The translations under genes and the position numbers were made by a program. DNA of 63,585 nucleotides, filler included, from Octopus bimaculoides (taxonomy: Eukaryota), in NCBI RefSeq assembly GCF_001194135.2. It is 5 parts of 5 records of this genome, joined end to end, with 100 filler letters (N's around TTAATTAATTAA, not from the genome) between each part and the next. Parts side by side here need not be neighbours in the genome. Positions count along the whole stretch, not along the records: positions 1 to 18,924 come from NC_068983.1; positions 19,025 to 45,670 come from NC_068984.1; 3 more parts are not named here. One strand, given 5' to 3'. The notes under the pieces were generated by a model. That model searched no databases. It saw nothing but the letters and a program-made list of their open reading frames with translations, and was not told the DNA's origin. Shown piece by piece: positions 13,356 through 27,350 of the stretch; the first letter of the stretch is position 1; each line of letters begins with the position of its first letter.

Positions 13356-13469
13356 TGTGAACTCGCTCTGCAACCTCGCCGTTTTGGATCCCGTCCAGCT
13401 GCACGAAAGTCTGGGTGAGTATCTCCTTATGTCACCCCGAGTCGACCAATACATTTTGAGTGAATTTGG

Positions 13470-13865
13470 TAGGCGGAAACTGTGTGAGAGTTCCTCTTGC
13501 TTACCAGCCACATGGTTCCGGGTTCAGTCTCTCTGCGTGGAACATTGGGCAAGTGTCTTTTACTATAGCCTCGGGCCGACCAAAGCCTTGTGAGTGGATT
13601 TGGTAGACGGAAACTGAAAGAAGCCCATGTGTGTATGTGTGTGTGTAAATTTTTGTGTGCGTCTGTGTTTGTCACCCCACCATCGCTTGACAACCGATGT
13701 TGGTGTATTTACGTCCTCGTAACTTAGCGGTTTGGCAAAAGAGACCGATAAAATAAGTACTAGGATTACAAAAAATAAGCCCTGAGGATAGATTTACTCG
13801 ACTAAAGACGCTGCTCCAGCATGACCGCAGTCAAATGACTGAAACAAATAAGCGAATAAAAGAAA
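13470..13865 (+). mobile_element. SINE family C, near full-length
   Basis: ggttccgggttcagtc head, central (TG)n, tail gctccagcatgaccgcagtcaaatgactgaaaca. Confidence 0.85.
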
Positions 13866-14251
13866 AGAATGCATATACATGTATGTGTGTGTGTGCATTA
13901 ATGCATGCATGTATGTATGTGTGCATATGTCTTTGTGTCTGTTTCCTTCCACTCCGGTTGATAACCATTGCTGATTTGATTACATCCCCGTGATCTAGCG
14001 GTTCGACGGTAGAGCCCAACAGAATAGAAACCAGACGTCAAAATAGAGCACCGGCAGCTAAGAGCAGAGTAGTCCTCTACTCTCCGCTGACTGTTTAATC
14101 CTAGATATTCCGCTGAGTCAAGGATGACAAGGCCGAAACGTATCATACGTCAGCACACGAAGATATAGGCGCCTAAAACAATTAAGGAAAGTATGGTGCT
14201 GTACCAAGCATCATCGACGTCTTCGAATACGAGAGACGGCCGTAGATTATA

Positions 14252-14287
<36 letters not shown>

Positions 14288-14720
14288 TCATACATACATA
14301 CATAAATACATACATAAATACATACATACATACATACATACATACATACATACATACATAGCATAGCATAGACTTACCAACATACAGATATACAGGTAAG
14401 TAGACTGATGTTTAAAACATGCGGTTTATCTACAATATCTCCCCCTTTGTTCAGAATTTGAAACTTTGTTTAATACATCATTGTCATTGAACCATTTCAT
14501 GTCTACCAGAATGTTTTTGTTTCAGTTTAACGTCTTGAAAATAGATTTACATTTAAGTATCTTATCATACAGCTTTACTTTGATTCTTAGGAAGATGATC
14601 ATTTTCTTAGTTATATGCTTGCATGTATGTATATGTAATTAGACGGGCAGATAGACAAACAGAGAGACAGAGAAACAGACAGACGGACAGACAGGTAGAC
14701 AGACAGACAGACAGACAGAC

Positions 14721-14758
<38 letters not shown>

Positions 14759-14879
14759 TGAGATAGATATATGTGAAAGAAGCCTGTCGTGTGTGTATGT
14801 GTATATATATANNNNNNNNNNNNNNNNNNNNNNNNNNNNNNNTATATATATGCGTGCGCGCGCGCGTGTGTGTGTGTGT

Positions 14880-15185
14880 GAAGGCACGTGGTTTAGTGGT
14901 AAGTGCATTCGACTCACGATTGTAAGGTTATGAGTTCAATTCCCGGCGACGCGTTGTGTCCTTGAGCAAGACACTTTATTTCACACTGCTCCAGTCCACT
15001 CAGCTGGCAAAAATGAGTTGTACAATATTTAAAAGGGCCAGCCTTGTCACACTGTGTCACGCTGAATCTTCATGAGAACTACGTTTGAGTACACGTGTCT
15101 GTGGAATGCTCAGCCACTTGCACGTTAATTTCACGAGCAAGCTGTTCCGTTGATCGTATCACCTGGGACCCTCGTCGTCGTATGC
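14880..15185 (+). mobile_element. SINE family B (tRNA head, Nin/Deu-like core)
   Basis: A-box gtggtttagtggt, B-box gagttcaattcc, core gttgtgtccttgagcaagacacttt..tgctccagtccac. Also present at 40120-40445 and partially at 8890-9000. Confidence 0.8.
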
Positions 15186-15187
15186 AC

Positions 15188-15218
<31 letters not shown>

Positions 15219-15439
15219 TGTATGTTTACATATCTATGTGTGCATTCCCCACCCCCGATTAACAATCAATGTTGGTTTGTTTGCATCCCCATATATTGGC
15301 AGTTCGACAAAATATATGACTGATAGACTAATTATCAGGTTTTCAATACAAAAAGTACAGCGGTCTATTTATTTTGACTAGACAGACAGATAAACAGATA
15401 GATAAATATAGCTAGATGGACAGACAGACAGGTAGATAA

Positions 15440-15480
<41 letters not shown>

Positions 15481-15497
15481 GATAGATAGAGAGATAG

Positions 15498-15562
<65 letters not shown>

Positions 15563-15590
15563 CACAGACAAACATATATATATATATAAT

Positions 15591-15643
<53 letters not shown>

Positions 15644-15647
15644 GTAA

Positions 15648-15687
<40 letters not shown>

Positions 15688-15725
15688 TCAGACAGGCAGA
15701 CAAGCAGACAGACACACCGACAGAC

Positions 15726-15775
<50 letters not shown>

Positions 15776-18700
15776 TCATTAAATGTATTACGAGTATTAA
15801 AAATAGCTTAACAAAATCATTTCAATAACAACAAGGTTTACGTTTGGATTTTCCAAGTCAGTATAAACTGTTGCAGTAGTTTTTCTTGTATAGTAAAAGG
15901 TCAGTTATGATCGAGCAAAAAAACCTTTGGTGAATGACATTCCTGTTGTGACCATCCAAGTCTATTCCGGACACACTGTATTTAGGATTATATTGTCCTG
16001 GGTTCACCTTTTCTAATATGTTCGATGATACGCAGAGCTTAAATATGGCTGCTATTAATTAGAACGACTGAAAACGGCCTACTTCGTTCGCTCTTTATGA
16101 GTAAGCATGCATGGAGTTTGAATGAGTGCCTGTGGAAAGCAAAAAGTCAGAGAAAACATGATATAATTTTTTTTCTCATAAAGAAAGAAAAAGAGAGAAG
16201 GAGAGAGAAGGAAAGAGAGGGAGAGAGAGGGAAAGAGAAAGAGGAGCTCCATTTTATACACTAGAGTCCATGCTTCAAACAGAAATATAAACTTGACAAA
16301 AAGTATTTGCGTGTTAACTGATTTTTGTCGATGCTTATCCAGTTAAGCGGTTGTATATAGATGCGTCTGTAATGTTGACAACATTTGTAGATAATGCTAA
16401 ACGAAATGATTTCGCTTTCAGATGAAATTCTCATTATTATTGAAGTCTTGATTAAAAGTAGTAGACAGAGATACTATTGGACTAAAACATAGAGAAAAGA
16501 CCAATAGTGAGTTATCTCCGTTGACCTATCAGTATTTTCCTCACAAACCTTGCGCAAACTTATTCATGTAAGTGCACTATCCATTAAGATTCCATTTTTA
16601 ATTGACTATTAGACATCATTATCAGTTGTGTACTGTCCACGCTGAAAGTCGATATATACTCTTATATTGAATATTAAATTCATTAAGCTCTCGTTAAAAA
16701 CACAGTTAGTGTTTTATGTCAATCGATGTGAATATTGTACATTATAGCTCTAGTATACATCAGAAACTCACAGCAGTCTAATTTTACAACTGCTCTATAA
16801 TTCTATATATTCCCTGCCTCCTTACCTCTACATCTCTGCAATTTTATTTTTGCTCATAAAGGACGCTGAAGCTGACTTAATTGATGTTTCGTAGCGTGTG
16901 TAATTTAAGAGCTACCGTGTAGACAGCACATGCGTGAAGCTTTTGGATAGAAGAACGTTGGTTCTGCGTTCTAAAAAGAAAACACAAGAACCAATTACAA
17001 ACCCTCACTGCCTCACTTTTCAACCCAGTGGAGTCGTTCATTTTTTTTCAGCACGCGTCTTCAACCATAAAAATAAACTAACCTAATAGATTGAATGCAA
17101 ATATATCAATCATGTTGTTATCTTGTTTTCTTTCATTCTCACTTTTATTATCTGTCTTTCTTTCTCTCAATTATTTCCATCTTTCAAGTTTTATTTATTT
17201 CTCAATCTTTTGCTAACAACGTTTGGGTATTTCTCTCTATTTCTTCCATTCTATCAAACAAATTCTTCTCCTTTCTTTTCTCCCATTACCGCTTGCTTTT
17301 TTCCCCACCAGTTTTCCGGATTTTCCATTCATAATTTCCTTCCGTCATCTTATCTTTATTCCCCAGCATGAACCCCCAATTCATTCTATACTTTAAGATG
17401 TAGAATGGCTGACGGGACAACGTTAACTTGCTAACTAACTGATATGCGATACGCTTGACAAGCATGTGTGAGACTTATCTTTATTCACACTGCTGTTGAA
17501 ATAATTTCTCTACTCTGATCTTTTCCTTTGCTTTAACCTTCTTCACTTAAATGCCCAATCCACCCCTGATATATCTCGTCATCTTCTCTGCTCTGATTTC
17601 CAATTCTCTTCCAGGAACAGATTCAAACAAGAAGATTATAAATGAATCCACGTGTGTATGGAATGATCACTAAACCAGAAACGCGTTGGCTGAAATATTA
17701 TGTTTTGTTTTTATCCTCCAGTGATAAATATTATAAATCTCCTCTCTTCAGAAATGGTCAAATGTAATATAAATGCTGTATGGGGATTGGTCGGGGAAAG
17801 AAAGAATTTACGACGACACACACACTGCAGATTATGAGAAAATAAATTTGTTTTCCCTTCTTACCATTTACATCAATTTACTCAGACTAGCATTTTCAGC
17901 TATTCTACATATTTCCTCAGTTCTTCCTTCTCTAACTGACACTCATCATTCACTGTAAATATACGCTAAAGAAATATCTTTATTACAATCTTTAACAGCA
18001 TTGCAAGCAGGCAATACACTTTGTTTTATGTCATACATTATTTTTTTCAGGGCTAAAACCGAGGTAGAGTGTCAACTGATATTTCTCTATAAATCAATGG
18101 AATGATATTTAGAATATAAATTTATGAATAATAGCATTCTAATTTTATAGGAGAATATAACCGGAATATTTGTGTTACCAGAGTATTGTGTGACTTAAAG
18201 GTTGGCTATATGCTGACAATATAAATGGCTGTGAATACGAATACAGGCTGGCAATGCAAATAACAGCTAGCGGGTATTAATGCAGATATATAGAGTCGTT
18301 TCGGATAACTTCCAAATACTTTAATGTAAGAAATTAAAGAGTTAAGAATCGCCAACAATAATTAGATGTCTACAATCTGTTCTAAAATAGTCTACCGAAC
18401 ACACCCTTCCCTCTCTTTTGTTCAAGGCCCAGAGGAGGTTTGATGTATCGGATTCCAAAATAGATCTTTCTCTAAGAAATGAAAAGCCAGACGAATTTTG
18501 GAAATATTATACAAGCCTTTGATATGGTTATTTCTAGAAGGATACATATGTAATCAACATAAATTCTATAACGTATTGACGGTAGACAGATAGGCACAGA
18601 CACACACACAGACACTCACACAAACACAAACACACACACACACGCACGCACGCACACACACACACCGTTACATTCACGACTGCATAAGAACATATGTACA

Positions 18701-18801
18701 CGCACACATACACAAACACGTATACATTTACTTATATATATGCATATATATATGTATATGTATATCTTTAGACTTTATATACATGTGTGTCTACGTATGA
18801 G

Positions 18802-18855
<54 letters not shown>

Positions 18856-18924
18856 AGTGTGTGTGTAAATATATATATAGAGAGAGAAAGAGAGAGAGAA
18901 ATACAGACACACACACACACACAC

Positions 18925-19024
18925 NNNNNNNNNNNNNNNNNNNNNNNNNNNNNNNNNNNNNNNNNNNNTTAATTAATTAANNNNNNNNNNNNNNNNNNNN
19001 NNNNNNNNNNNNNNNNNNNNNNNN
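18925..19024. other. Artificial 100-nt scaffold spacer N44-TTAATTAATTAA-N44
   Basis: Identical structure at 45671-45770, 53739-53838 and 61424-61523. Confidence 0.95.
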
Positions 19025-19415
19025 CTTGTTTCAGTCATTTGACTGTGGCCATGCTGGAGCACCACCTTTAGTCGAGCAAATCGACCCCAGGACTTATTCT
19101 TTGTAAGCCTAGTACTTATTCTATTGGTCTCTTTTGCTGAACCGCTTAGTTACGGGGACGTAAACACACCAGCATCGGTTATCAAGCGATGTTGGGGGGA
19201 CAAACACAGACACACAAACTTATACACACACATACATATATATACATATATACGATGGGCTTCTTTCAGTTTCCGTCTACCAAATCCACTCACTAGGCTT
19301 TGGTTGGCCCGAGGCTATAGTAGAAGACACTTACCCAAGGTGCCACGCAGTGGGACTGAACCCAGAACCATGTGGTTAGTAAGCAAGCTATTTACCACAC
19401 AGCCACTCCTACGCT
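19025..19415 (-). mobile_element. SINE family C, near full-length
   Basis: Reverse complement of the 13470-13865 and 61524-61855 copies. Confidence 0.85.
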
Positions 19416-20888
19416 TATAAACTGTTTAATTATAAAGTTGTGCCTCAGTCAATATTTTGCTAAAGCAATCCTAAACTCACTAATATGTTAAGCAGAGTTA
19501 CATTATTTCTTCTTTATGGCTCTTCTACCATTACTACAATGATCACTGGTCCCACAAACTAACTGGATACACACACTCAACACAGCCAGATATCCTTCTT
19601 TTATCAGTTTTGTTGTGTCTCAGCTCCTAGACTCAACACTAAATGTATCTCTCAAACCTTCCTCATAAGAATTAACCATTTGGATTTCCCTCCCTGCAGA
19701 TATCAGCCTACGCTTATTTACTTCATCAATCAATGTGGACGGATGACCTTCAAAGGTCATGTACACTGATCATTTTCCTTTTACTCACAAATTAAAAAAA
19801 TATATTTGTGAGTTACATATTTTTTTCAGTATATAGGAAAAAGACTAATTTGGCCTACATCTACCATCAACAACAAGAGGGAGCCTCTGTACAATTGCTC
19901 AGCCCATTAGGAATGGCAGCTAAATCTACCTCAAATCACATCGTAAAGGTCATACTCTATAGATTAGTCATGGATACACAAAAAGATGGGATGGTCATGG
20001 ATAAAATACCTTTAACACTTGATTAGCAGTTTTGGGGTATAGTTCTCTTTAATTATACACCTGCTTTTTAATTACCTCTTCAATTCATTTAAATTCTCTC
20101 CCAGATTTACAACACTAGACGAACATTGTGTTCTAAAATATTTATAGAAATAGAAAAATATTTTCAAAAATGTCCATCTCCTTTTTTTGTTTAATCTGTA
20201 AAAAAGAAAAAAAAACCCAGCTAAATTATATAATTAAAAGTAAAAATAAACTGGTGGTGCATAAATTACATGAATAGATCGTTTCCAGAATTTGTTGTTG
20301 AAAAAAGATGTAGAAAATGTAAACATTTGTGCCAGAAGTTGACTCATTTAATGTCAGAATGGGTTTTTACAGGAAAAATATAATGAAGTTGACTTTTATT
20401 TATGCTGGACAGTATAATGCTTAGTTTTTCTGTATAAATTTACTAAAACCATTAAATGGTTGACTAGTTTTTGAAGTCTGGCGTTTATGCTGGCAAACAT
20501 GGTCTGGGTCATATTTTACGTTGCTTGGAGTTTCTACCTATTGCAATGGAGCACATATTTAATTTCTCCTTCGCAGTAAACAATTCATAAGTTCTGCCCA
20601 AACTGACAATAACGGCAATGATAAATTTTAAAGTTTACTTGAAATTTCATAAGTGTGAAAGGGATTAAAATTTCGATACTCTGTATCAAAGGTTCCAACA
20701 AGAATAGGTGGAAAAGAATTCTGTTCACATAATCAGCTTGATTGGTCACCTTCCTCTGTTGGTTGAGTAAAGTGTCATCCAAGCTGATGTTTATTGGTAA
20801 TTAAACTTAATTTGCAACACCTGTGCATATTTATCAGCTTTGCTCTTGTTGGATTTTTCCTGTGATCTTGATTTGAGAAGACATACAA

Positions 20889-22315
20889 CATCATCATCAT
20901 TTAACGTCCGCTTTCCATGCTAGCATGGGTTGGACGATTTGACTGAGGACTGGTGAAACCGGATGGCAACACCAGGTTCCAATCTAATTTGGCAGAGTTT
21001 CTACAGCTGGATGCCCTTCCTAACGCCAACCACTCAGAGTGTAGTGGGTGCTTTTACGTGTCACCCGCACGAAAACAGCCACGTTCGAAATGGTGTCTTT
21101 TATGTGCCACCCGCACAAGAGCCAGTCCAGGGGCACTGGCAATGATCTCGCTCGAAAACCCTACAAGGCCAGTCAGGCGGTACTGGCAACGGTCACGCTC
21201 AGGATGGTACATCTTATGTGCCACCCGCACAAGAGCCAGTCCAGGGGTACTGGCAACGACNNNNNNNNNNNNNNNNNNNNNNNNNNNNNNNNNNNNNNNN
21301 NNNNNNNNNNNNNNNNNNNNNNNNNNNNNNNNNNNNNNNNNNNNNNNNNNNNNNNNNNNNNNNNNNNNNNNNNNNNNNNNNNNNNNNNNNNNNNNNNNNN
21401 NNNNNNNNNNNNNNNNNNNNNNNNNNNNNNNNNNNNNNNNNNNNNNNNNNNNNNNNNNNNNNNNNNNNNNNNNNNNNNNNNNNNNNNNNNNNNNNNNNNN
21501 NNNNNNNNNNNNNNNNNNNNNNNNNNNNNNNNNNNNNNNNNNNNNNNNNNNNNNNNNNNNNNNNNNNNNNNNNNNNNNNNNNNNNNNNNNNNNNNNNNNN
21601 NNNNNNNNNNNNNNNNNNNNNNNNNNNNNNNNNNNNNNNNNNNNNNNNNNNNNNNNNNNNNNNNNNNNNNNNNNNNNNNNNNNNNNNNNNNNNNNNNNNN
21701 NNNNNNNNNNNNNNNNNNNNNNNNNNNNNNNNNNNNNNNNNNNNNNNNNNNNNNNNNNNNNNNNNNNNNNNNNNNNNNNNNNNNNNNNNNNNNNNNNNNN
21801 NNNNNNNNNNNNNNNNNNNNNNNNNNNNNNNNNNNNNNNNNNNNNNNNNNNNNNNNNNNNNNNNNNNNNNNNNNNNNNNNNNNNNNNNNNNNNNNNNNNN
21901 NNNNNNNNNNNNNNNNNNNNNNNNNNNNNNNNNNNNNNNNNACTGAGCAGGGCCATCTACCTGAAGGGGTTTGTGTTTTATCTACCTTCCTACTTATTAG
22001 GATTTTGGTTTTTGCTAGGTTGACTCTAAGGCCCTTCGATTCTAGTCCTTGCTTCCACACCTTAAACTTCTCCTCTAGTTCTGATAGTGACTGCGCAATT
22101 AGTGCAAGGTCATCAGCATAGAGGAGCTCCCAGGGGCAACCTGTCTTGAATTCCTCTGTGATCGCTTGGAGGACTATGATAAATAGGAGGGGGCTGAGGA
22201 CGGAACCTTGGTGGACCCCTACCTCTACTCGGAATTCATTACTGTACTCATTTCCAACCCTCACCTTACTGACAGCATCTCTGTACATGGCTCGCACAGC
22301 TCTTACTACAGCAGT
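20889..22315 (-). mobile_element. RTE-type LINE, 5'-truncated, with an N gap inside
   Basis: RT segment VGVHQGSVLSPLLF..ELLYADDLAL..GLRVNLAKTK at 21941-22315; 3' UTR with tandem repeats and a (GAT)n tail at 20889-21260. Confidence 0.85.
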
Positions 22316-23572
22316 AGGCTAAAAATTGGACATAATCTCTTGTTGACAAGAAACGTAAAATAAAGTTTATTATAAACAACACAAACACTTTGTAATTTAT
22401 TAGCTTTCGATGTGATACCTGTTAATCAGAAATTATTTTTATTTAGCGAAAATTTAATAAAATCTAATCTGAAGTAAGTGAAATTATGCTAAATACAACT
22501 AAATTGAAAACCTTTTTCCTCTGGCTATATCGGCAATTCTCAAAACTTTTTGGTGTGAATTTTACATAAGTAGAAGCATTTTTTAAACAAATTTTATCTT
22601 GAAAATCACCTGTGTAAATTACATGGGTGTTTATTGTTACTATATCAAGCAATTGGATATCAATAAGATCAAATAAAATTGACATCCAAGTTAATTTGTC
22701 ATGTATGACACGTAAATCTAAGTATTGCTTAGAAGAATTTAAAGAAATTCAGAGTATAAGACAAGAATAGAGAAAATTACACACACACATATGTATATAT
22801 ATATATACATATATTTCGTTTTTGTATTGGGTTTGCAAGATTCTTTATGTGAATTTGTGTGTTGAAGCATATTTTATTGTATCTGGGGAGAGACATTCTC
22901 TTTTAGCGCCTTATCATTTAACACACTCACCGGTTTGGTCTCCATTCATTTACTCATTTATTTTTTGTAAAATTTTCGTTGCATCTTGCAACTTTTCAAA
23001 AGTCAAGATACAACAAAAATTTTAGAAAAATAAGTAAATGAATGGAAATCGAACTGGTGAGTGTGTTAAATGATAAGGCACTAAAAGAGAATGACTCTCC
23101 CCAGACACAATAATATATATATATAGAAAGAGAGAGAGAGAGAGAGAGAGCAATAAGAAAATGGAGGAGATCAATAGGTGGTATTCATCAATTTATAGAT
23201 ATTATATTATGTCAATTTAGTTATTTACTAAAAAGACAATTATAACAATATACATACATGTAGGACATATTATGCTTTACATATATAATATTAAAAAAAT
23301 CAGTCACCTGATAGTTTCTATAGCTGAGTCACCTGATAGTTTCTATAGCTGTTGGTTAGTAACTCAAGTTGTTACAAATGCAAATAAAAATCCAAATGGA
23401 GGGAGTGGAACAAGTATAATACACTCCCACATATTTAACCTCCTCCTCTCCCCCTACATACTTCATGACCTTTTTATTTTTTCAAATTTTTGCTTTTTTT
23501 AATCCTATACTACTGGCTTTTCTATTCAATTCAAGTCACATTTGTGGTGAGTTAACTTGGAAATTCCATGTG

Positions 23573-23725
23573 ACAATGTAACCTTCATTTAATTAAGGTA
23601 GTCTTAGCCTCATGTTTAGCTAAGCTAAGCAACCCTCATTGAAAAACTATTACATCAAAGAATCACCTAGCTAAGAAACATATGTAGCTTGCATTTTACC
23701 TGTTCCACTCCTCAATTTGGATGTA
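23573..23725. mobile_element. Partial second copy of the 48.9-49.5 kb foldback family
   Basis: caatgtaaccttcattt and gaaacatatgt.gcttg.atttta.ct match 49340-49495 collinearly. Confidence 0.6.
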
Positions 23726-23934
23726 TATATAGAATATGAGGGGCTTAGTTCACTGGTGATCTAAACAAATAGGTATGCTGAGTAAGTGCTATAATTGGTC
23801 ATCCATTAGGTTCCAAGTTCACAGCTGAGGCAGAGCTAGGGATCCACATTAGGCTTCCAAGTTAGCAGGTATATATTATATTAGAGGAAAAAGGACGACA
23901 AAAACCAAGGCAGGACGAGTATGTCCTGTGTTTA

Positions 23935-24095
23935 TGTCCCCATAACTTAGCGGTTTTGGTAAAAGTGACCGATAGGATAAGTACTAGGCTTACATAGAAT
24001 AAGTCCTGGGGGTCGATTTCTTCAACTAAAACCCTTTAAGGCAGTGCTCCAGCATGGCCGCAGTCAAATGACTGAAACAAGTAAAAGAAAATAAG
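23935..24095 (+). mobile_element. SINE family C, 3' half
   Basis: cataacttagcgg..gaataagtcctggg..gctccagcatggccgcagtcaaatgactgaaacaagtaaaaga. Confidence 0.8.
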
Positions 24096-24199
24096 AGAGT
24101 AAGCATGTGGGTGTAGGTGTACATGTGTGTGTGTGTTATTCTTTATGAATTTAATTTCCAAAAGTGAAATTTGCAGGTGTAACAGCAAAATCATGAAAT

Positions 24200-24490
24200 A
24201 TTTCTTATTCATCATAGTCCTCTTGGCAATAACAGAAGAATTCAAGACAGGATGTCCCTGGGAGCTTCTCTATGCTGATGACCTTGCTCTAATGGCCAAT
24301 CACACAGTACTGGCAACGGCCACGCTCAAAATGGTGTTTTTTACGTGCCACCTGCACGGGAGCCAGTCCAGCGGCACTGGCAACGACCTTGCTCGAATGA
24401 TTTTCTAACGTGCCACCAACACAAGTGCTAGAAGGCGATGCTGGTAACGATTACGCTCAAATGGTGCTATTTATGGGCCACTAGTACGGA
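24200..24490. mobile_element. Rearranged RTE fragment (RT piece on +, 3' UTR repeats on -)
   Basis: IIVLLAITEEFKTGCPWELLYADDLAL on +, followed directly by repeats in the orientation seen at 21060-21260. Confidence 0.75.
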
Positions 24491-24699
24491 AGTCCACATA
24501 TATAAATACATGTATGCAATTGTCAGATTTACAATTATTCCAACACATCTTCAGGTTCTTTTTCAAAATATTATAAATCTAATTTTACTTCTCTTTAAAA
24601 ATAAACAATAAAATTAAGCATTAAAACTTAAAAAACAAAAATTATACTTTGTAATATTAATAACTAAAATTTATAGATTATACATTACAAATATGAATT

Positions 24700-25325
24700 A
24701 GCATCTATATATATCAACCTTGTAAAGTCAAAATTCTGTTATGCATGATAAACATATTTTATTCCCAATATTATAGGAGTGGGCTCTACCTATTATACTC
24801 CAATTAAGGGTGTACTCTCTTTTTCTAGATTTTTATTCCCATATATATTTACTTAAGCCTGTGGACTTACGTAAATTAGGATTTTTGGGTCTGGTAGTGT
24901 TGGGATATTCTTTTTTTAATTTCATTAGCTGTTGATCCAATATAAGCCTTATTTATAATTTTATTATTATTGTTCTTAGAGCTTACTATACATTTATAAA
25001 TTATACTATTAATATTACAATTATTAGAGAGCTTACATTTAGTCTTATTACAGCATGAACATTTTTCTATATGTTGATTAAGACTTCTATCACAATCGGT
25101 TATATTATGGCTAGAGCTATTATTTATTATGCTATTATAATAATTATTTAATTTCTTATTATTTATAGAGGAAATGATATTACCTACATTTTTCGATATT
25201 GAGTATCCTACTCTTATGGTTTTATTGGAAAATATACTTGAATAACTGTTGTCCTTTTTAAAAACCATTTTTACAATTTTAAGTGTCTCCTTATTATTAT
25301 TCCGAAATATCATATCAAACTATAA
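24700..25325 (-). mobile_element. Penelope-like GIY-YIG endonuclease fragment
   Basis: C.C..K.KC.L..NC...SIIYKC..KAYIGST.NEIKKRISQHY, followed by LSKYIW. Confidence 0.8.
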
Positions 25326-25444
25326 ATGATTAAATTACAACAGTTATTTTCGTCCATTTTTTGTATTATAGAGCATTGTTGTGTCATTCAAAAAATTTTG
25401 TTCTTTACAAACAATCCACAATGCTTTAAGCAAACTACAATACT

Positions 25445-25602
25445 CTCCTATGAGTGGTTGGCATTAGGAAGGGCATCCAGCTGTAGAAACTCTGCCAAAT
25501 TAGATTGGAGCCTGGTGTTGCCATCCGGTTTCACCAGTCCTCAATCAAATCGTCCAACCCATGCTAGCATGGAAAGTGGACGTTAAACGATGATGATGAT
25601 GA

Positions 25603-25606
<4 letters not shown>
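25445..25606 (+). mobile_element. RTE 3'-end copy
   Basis: gagtggttggcattaggaagggcatccagctgtagaaactctgcc..catgctagcatggaaag.ggacgttaaac(gat)n. Similar copies at 28315-28468, 30585-30665(-), 31232-31445(-), 37540-37708, 38145-38290(-) and 43012-43172. Confidence 0.8.
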
Positions 25607-25635
<29 letters not shown>

Positions 25636-25985
25636 NNNNNNNNNNNNNNNNNNNNNNNNNNNNNNNNNNNNNNNNNNNNNNNNNNNNNNNNNNNNNNNNN
25701 NNNNNNNNNNNNNNNNNNNNNNNNNNNNNNNNNNNNNNNNNNNNNNNNNNNNNNNNNNNNNNNNNNNNNNNNNNNNNNNNNNNNNNNNNNNNNNNNNNNN
25801 NNNNNNNGAACACGACACAATGAAGTAGAGAAATTTGAAAAGACAACACGAAACCGGTTATTTCTCAAAATAAATGTTTATATACCAAAAAGATTTTATA
25901 ACATTTCTCTAACATTTTTCTGACATAATTTAAATATATACTTTAACCATGTAACACAAGCCTTCTGTAGTTTTTTCACTCTTAT

Positions 25986-26020
<35 letters not shown>

Positions 26021-26195
26021 ATCACAAGCAATTCAAATTATGAAGTGTTAGTTATTAAAATAGGTTTGCTGAATTTGCATGTTCTAGTAAATAGGTCAGA
26101 TTTTCTATATCTCAGGAAATGCACCCTGAATAAATAAACTTTTTAAAGTGACAAAGTCAACAGGACACTTAAGAGCTGGACTGCGATCAGTAGTA

Positions 26196-27350
26196 TGGGT
26201 TGGTCAAAAAGTTTGTTTGCTTTTTTCCTTTATACATACATACTCATTAGGGATCAACACTGTTTGATTTTTTTATTCGTTTGTGCATGTTTCCTTGTTA
26301 GATATGTGAAGTGTTAACCTAGTTCGTTGCAAACTTGTGACAAGATAGGTTGTCTTTTGTGAACTTGAGATCATCCTGAAAATGGAAAACCAAAATAAAC
26401 ATTATTAACACGTCATCTTTATTTAAAAAAAAAATAAAATAATAATAAAGCAGAAACTTGTAGGAAGATATGTGCTGCATACAGAGATGTTGTTATGGAA
26501 CATATGTGCCAGAAGTGATTTTCAAGATTTCAGCCAAGAAATTTTTCTGTTCAAGATGCATCTCGCTCAGGCCTACTAAATGAGATTAAGTGACACAGTG
26601 AAGGAATTAGTTGAATTGAATCTCATTATATGACTGGGATGATTGCAGATATTCTCCAAATATCCAAATTGAGTGTTGAAAATCATCTGCATCAACTTGG
26701 TTACATCAGCAGGGTCGATGTTTGGCTCTTACATCAGTTGACTGAGGAGAACAAGGTCCAGTGAATGTCTCTGTGATTCATTGCAGATGCATGAAAAAAT
26801 GATCCATTATTTTGAAGAAAAATGTTGACAGGGGACAAAAAACAGTTTGTGTAACAATGTGAAGTGCAAATGATCATGGAGGAAGTGCAGTGAACCACTA
26901 CAGACTACCTCCAAAGTTGGACTTCACTCAGAGAAGATTATGTTATTAATTTGGTGGGATTGGAAGGGTGTTGTCTTTTATGCATTTCTTTCCATGAACA
27001 GGACCATAAATGCAGATGTATACTGCGAGCAGCTGAAAAAATTAAATGAAGTGATCCACCAGGAACTTCCAGTACTTGCTAATCATAGGGGTATTGTCTT
27101 TCATCCTAACAATGCCAGACACAACTTTCATCCCAACAATGCCACACACTTCTCTGCCGACATTACTGAGGCCTGGTTAGGAAATTTTGCTTTAACTTCC
27201 ATATTTGCTTGACTTGTTTTGGTATTTTCAAAATTCATTGAAAAGACAAACCTTCAGTTCTGAAGATGTAAAAATTCACCTGAAAAAGTTCTGCACCAGG
27301 TAAGACAGGAAATTTTTTGAGCAGAAAATAATAGATCTGTTCACAAGATG
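26196..27350 (+). mobile_element. Mariner transposon, decayed, 3' TIR missing
   Basis: TA|TGGGTTGGTCAAAAAGTT left end; ATG at 26382; LTGD, KIMLLIWWDWKGVV..TINADVYCEQL..L.NHRGIVFH.NNARH motifs with stops and frameshifts. Confidence 0.85.

Noticed and set aside
17660-17700. GAAACGCGT palindrome typical of PLE hammerhead stem III
   Set aside because: No CTGANGA core upstream and no GUH triplet.
19740-19900. FSVYRKKT exon-like segment on +
   Set aside because: Better explained as a very old Penelope RT-thumb remnant (SVYRKPT-like); too decayed to annotate.
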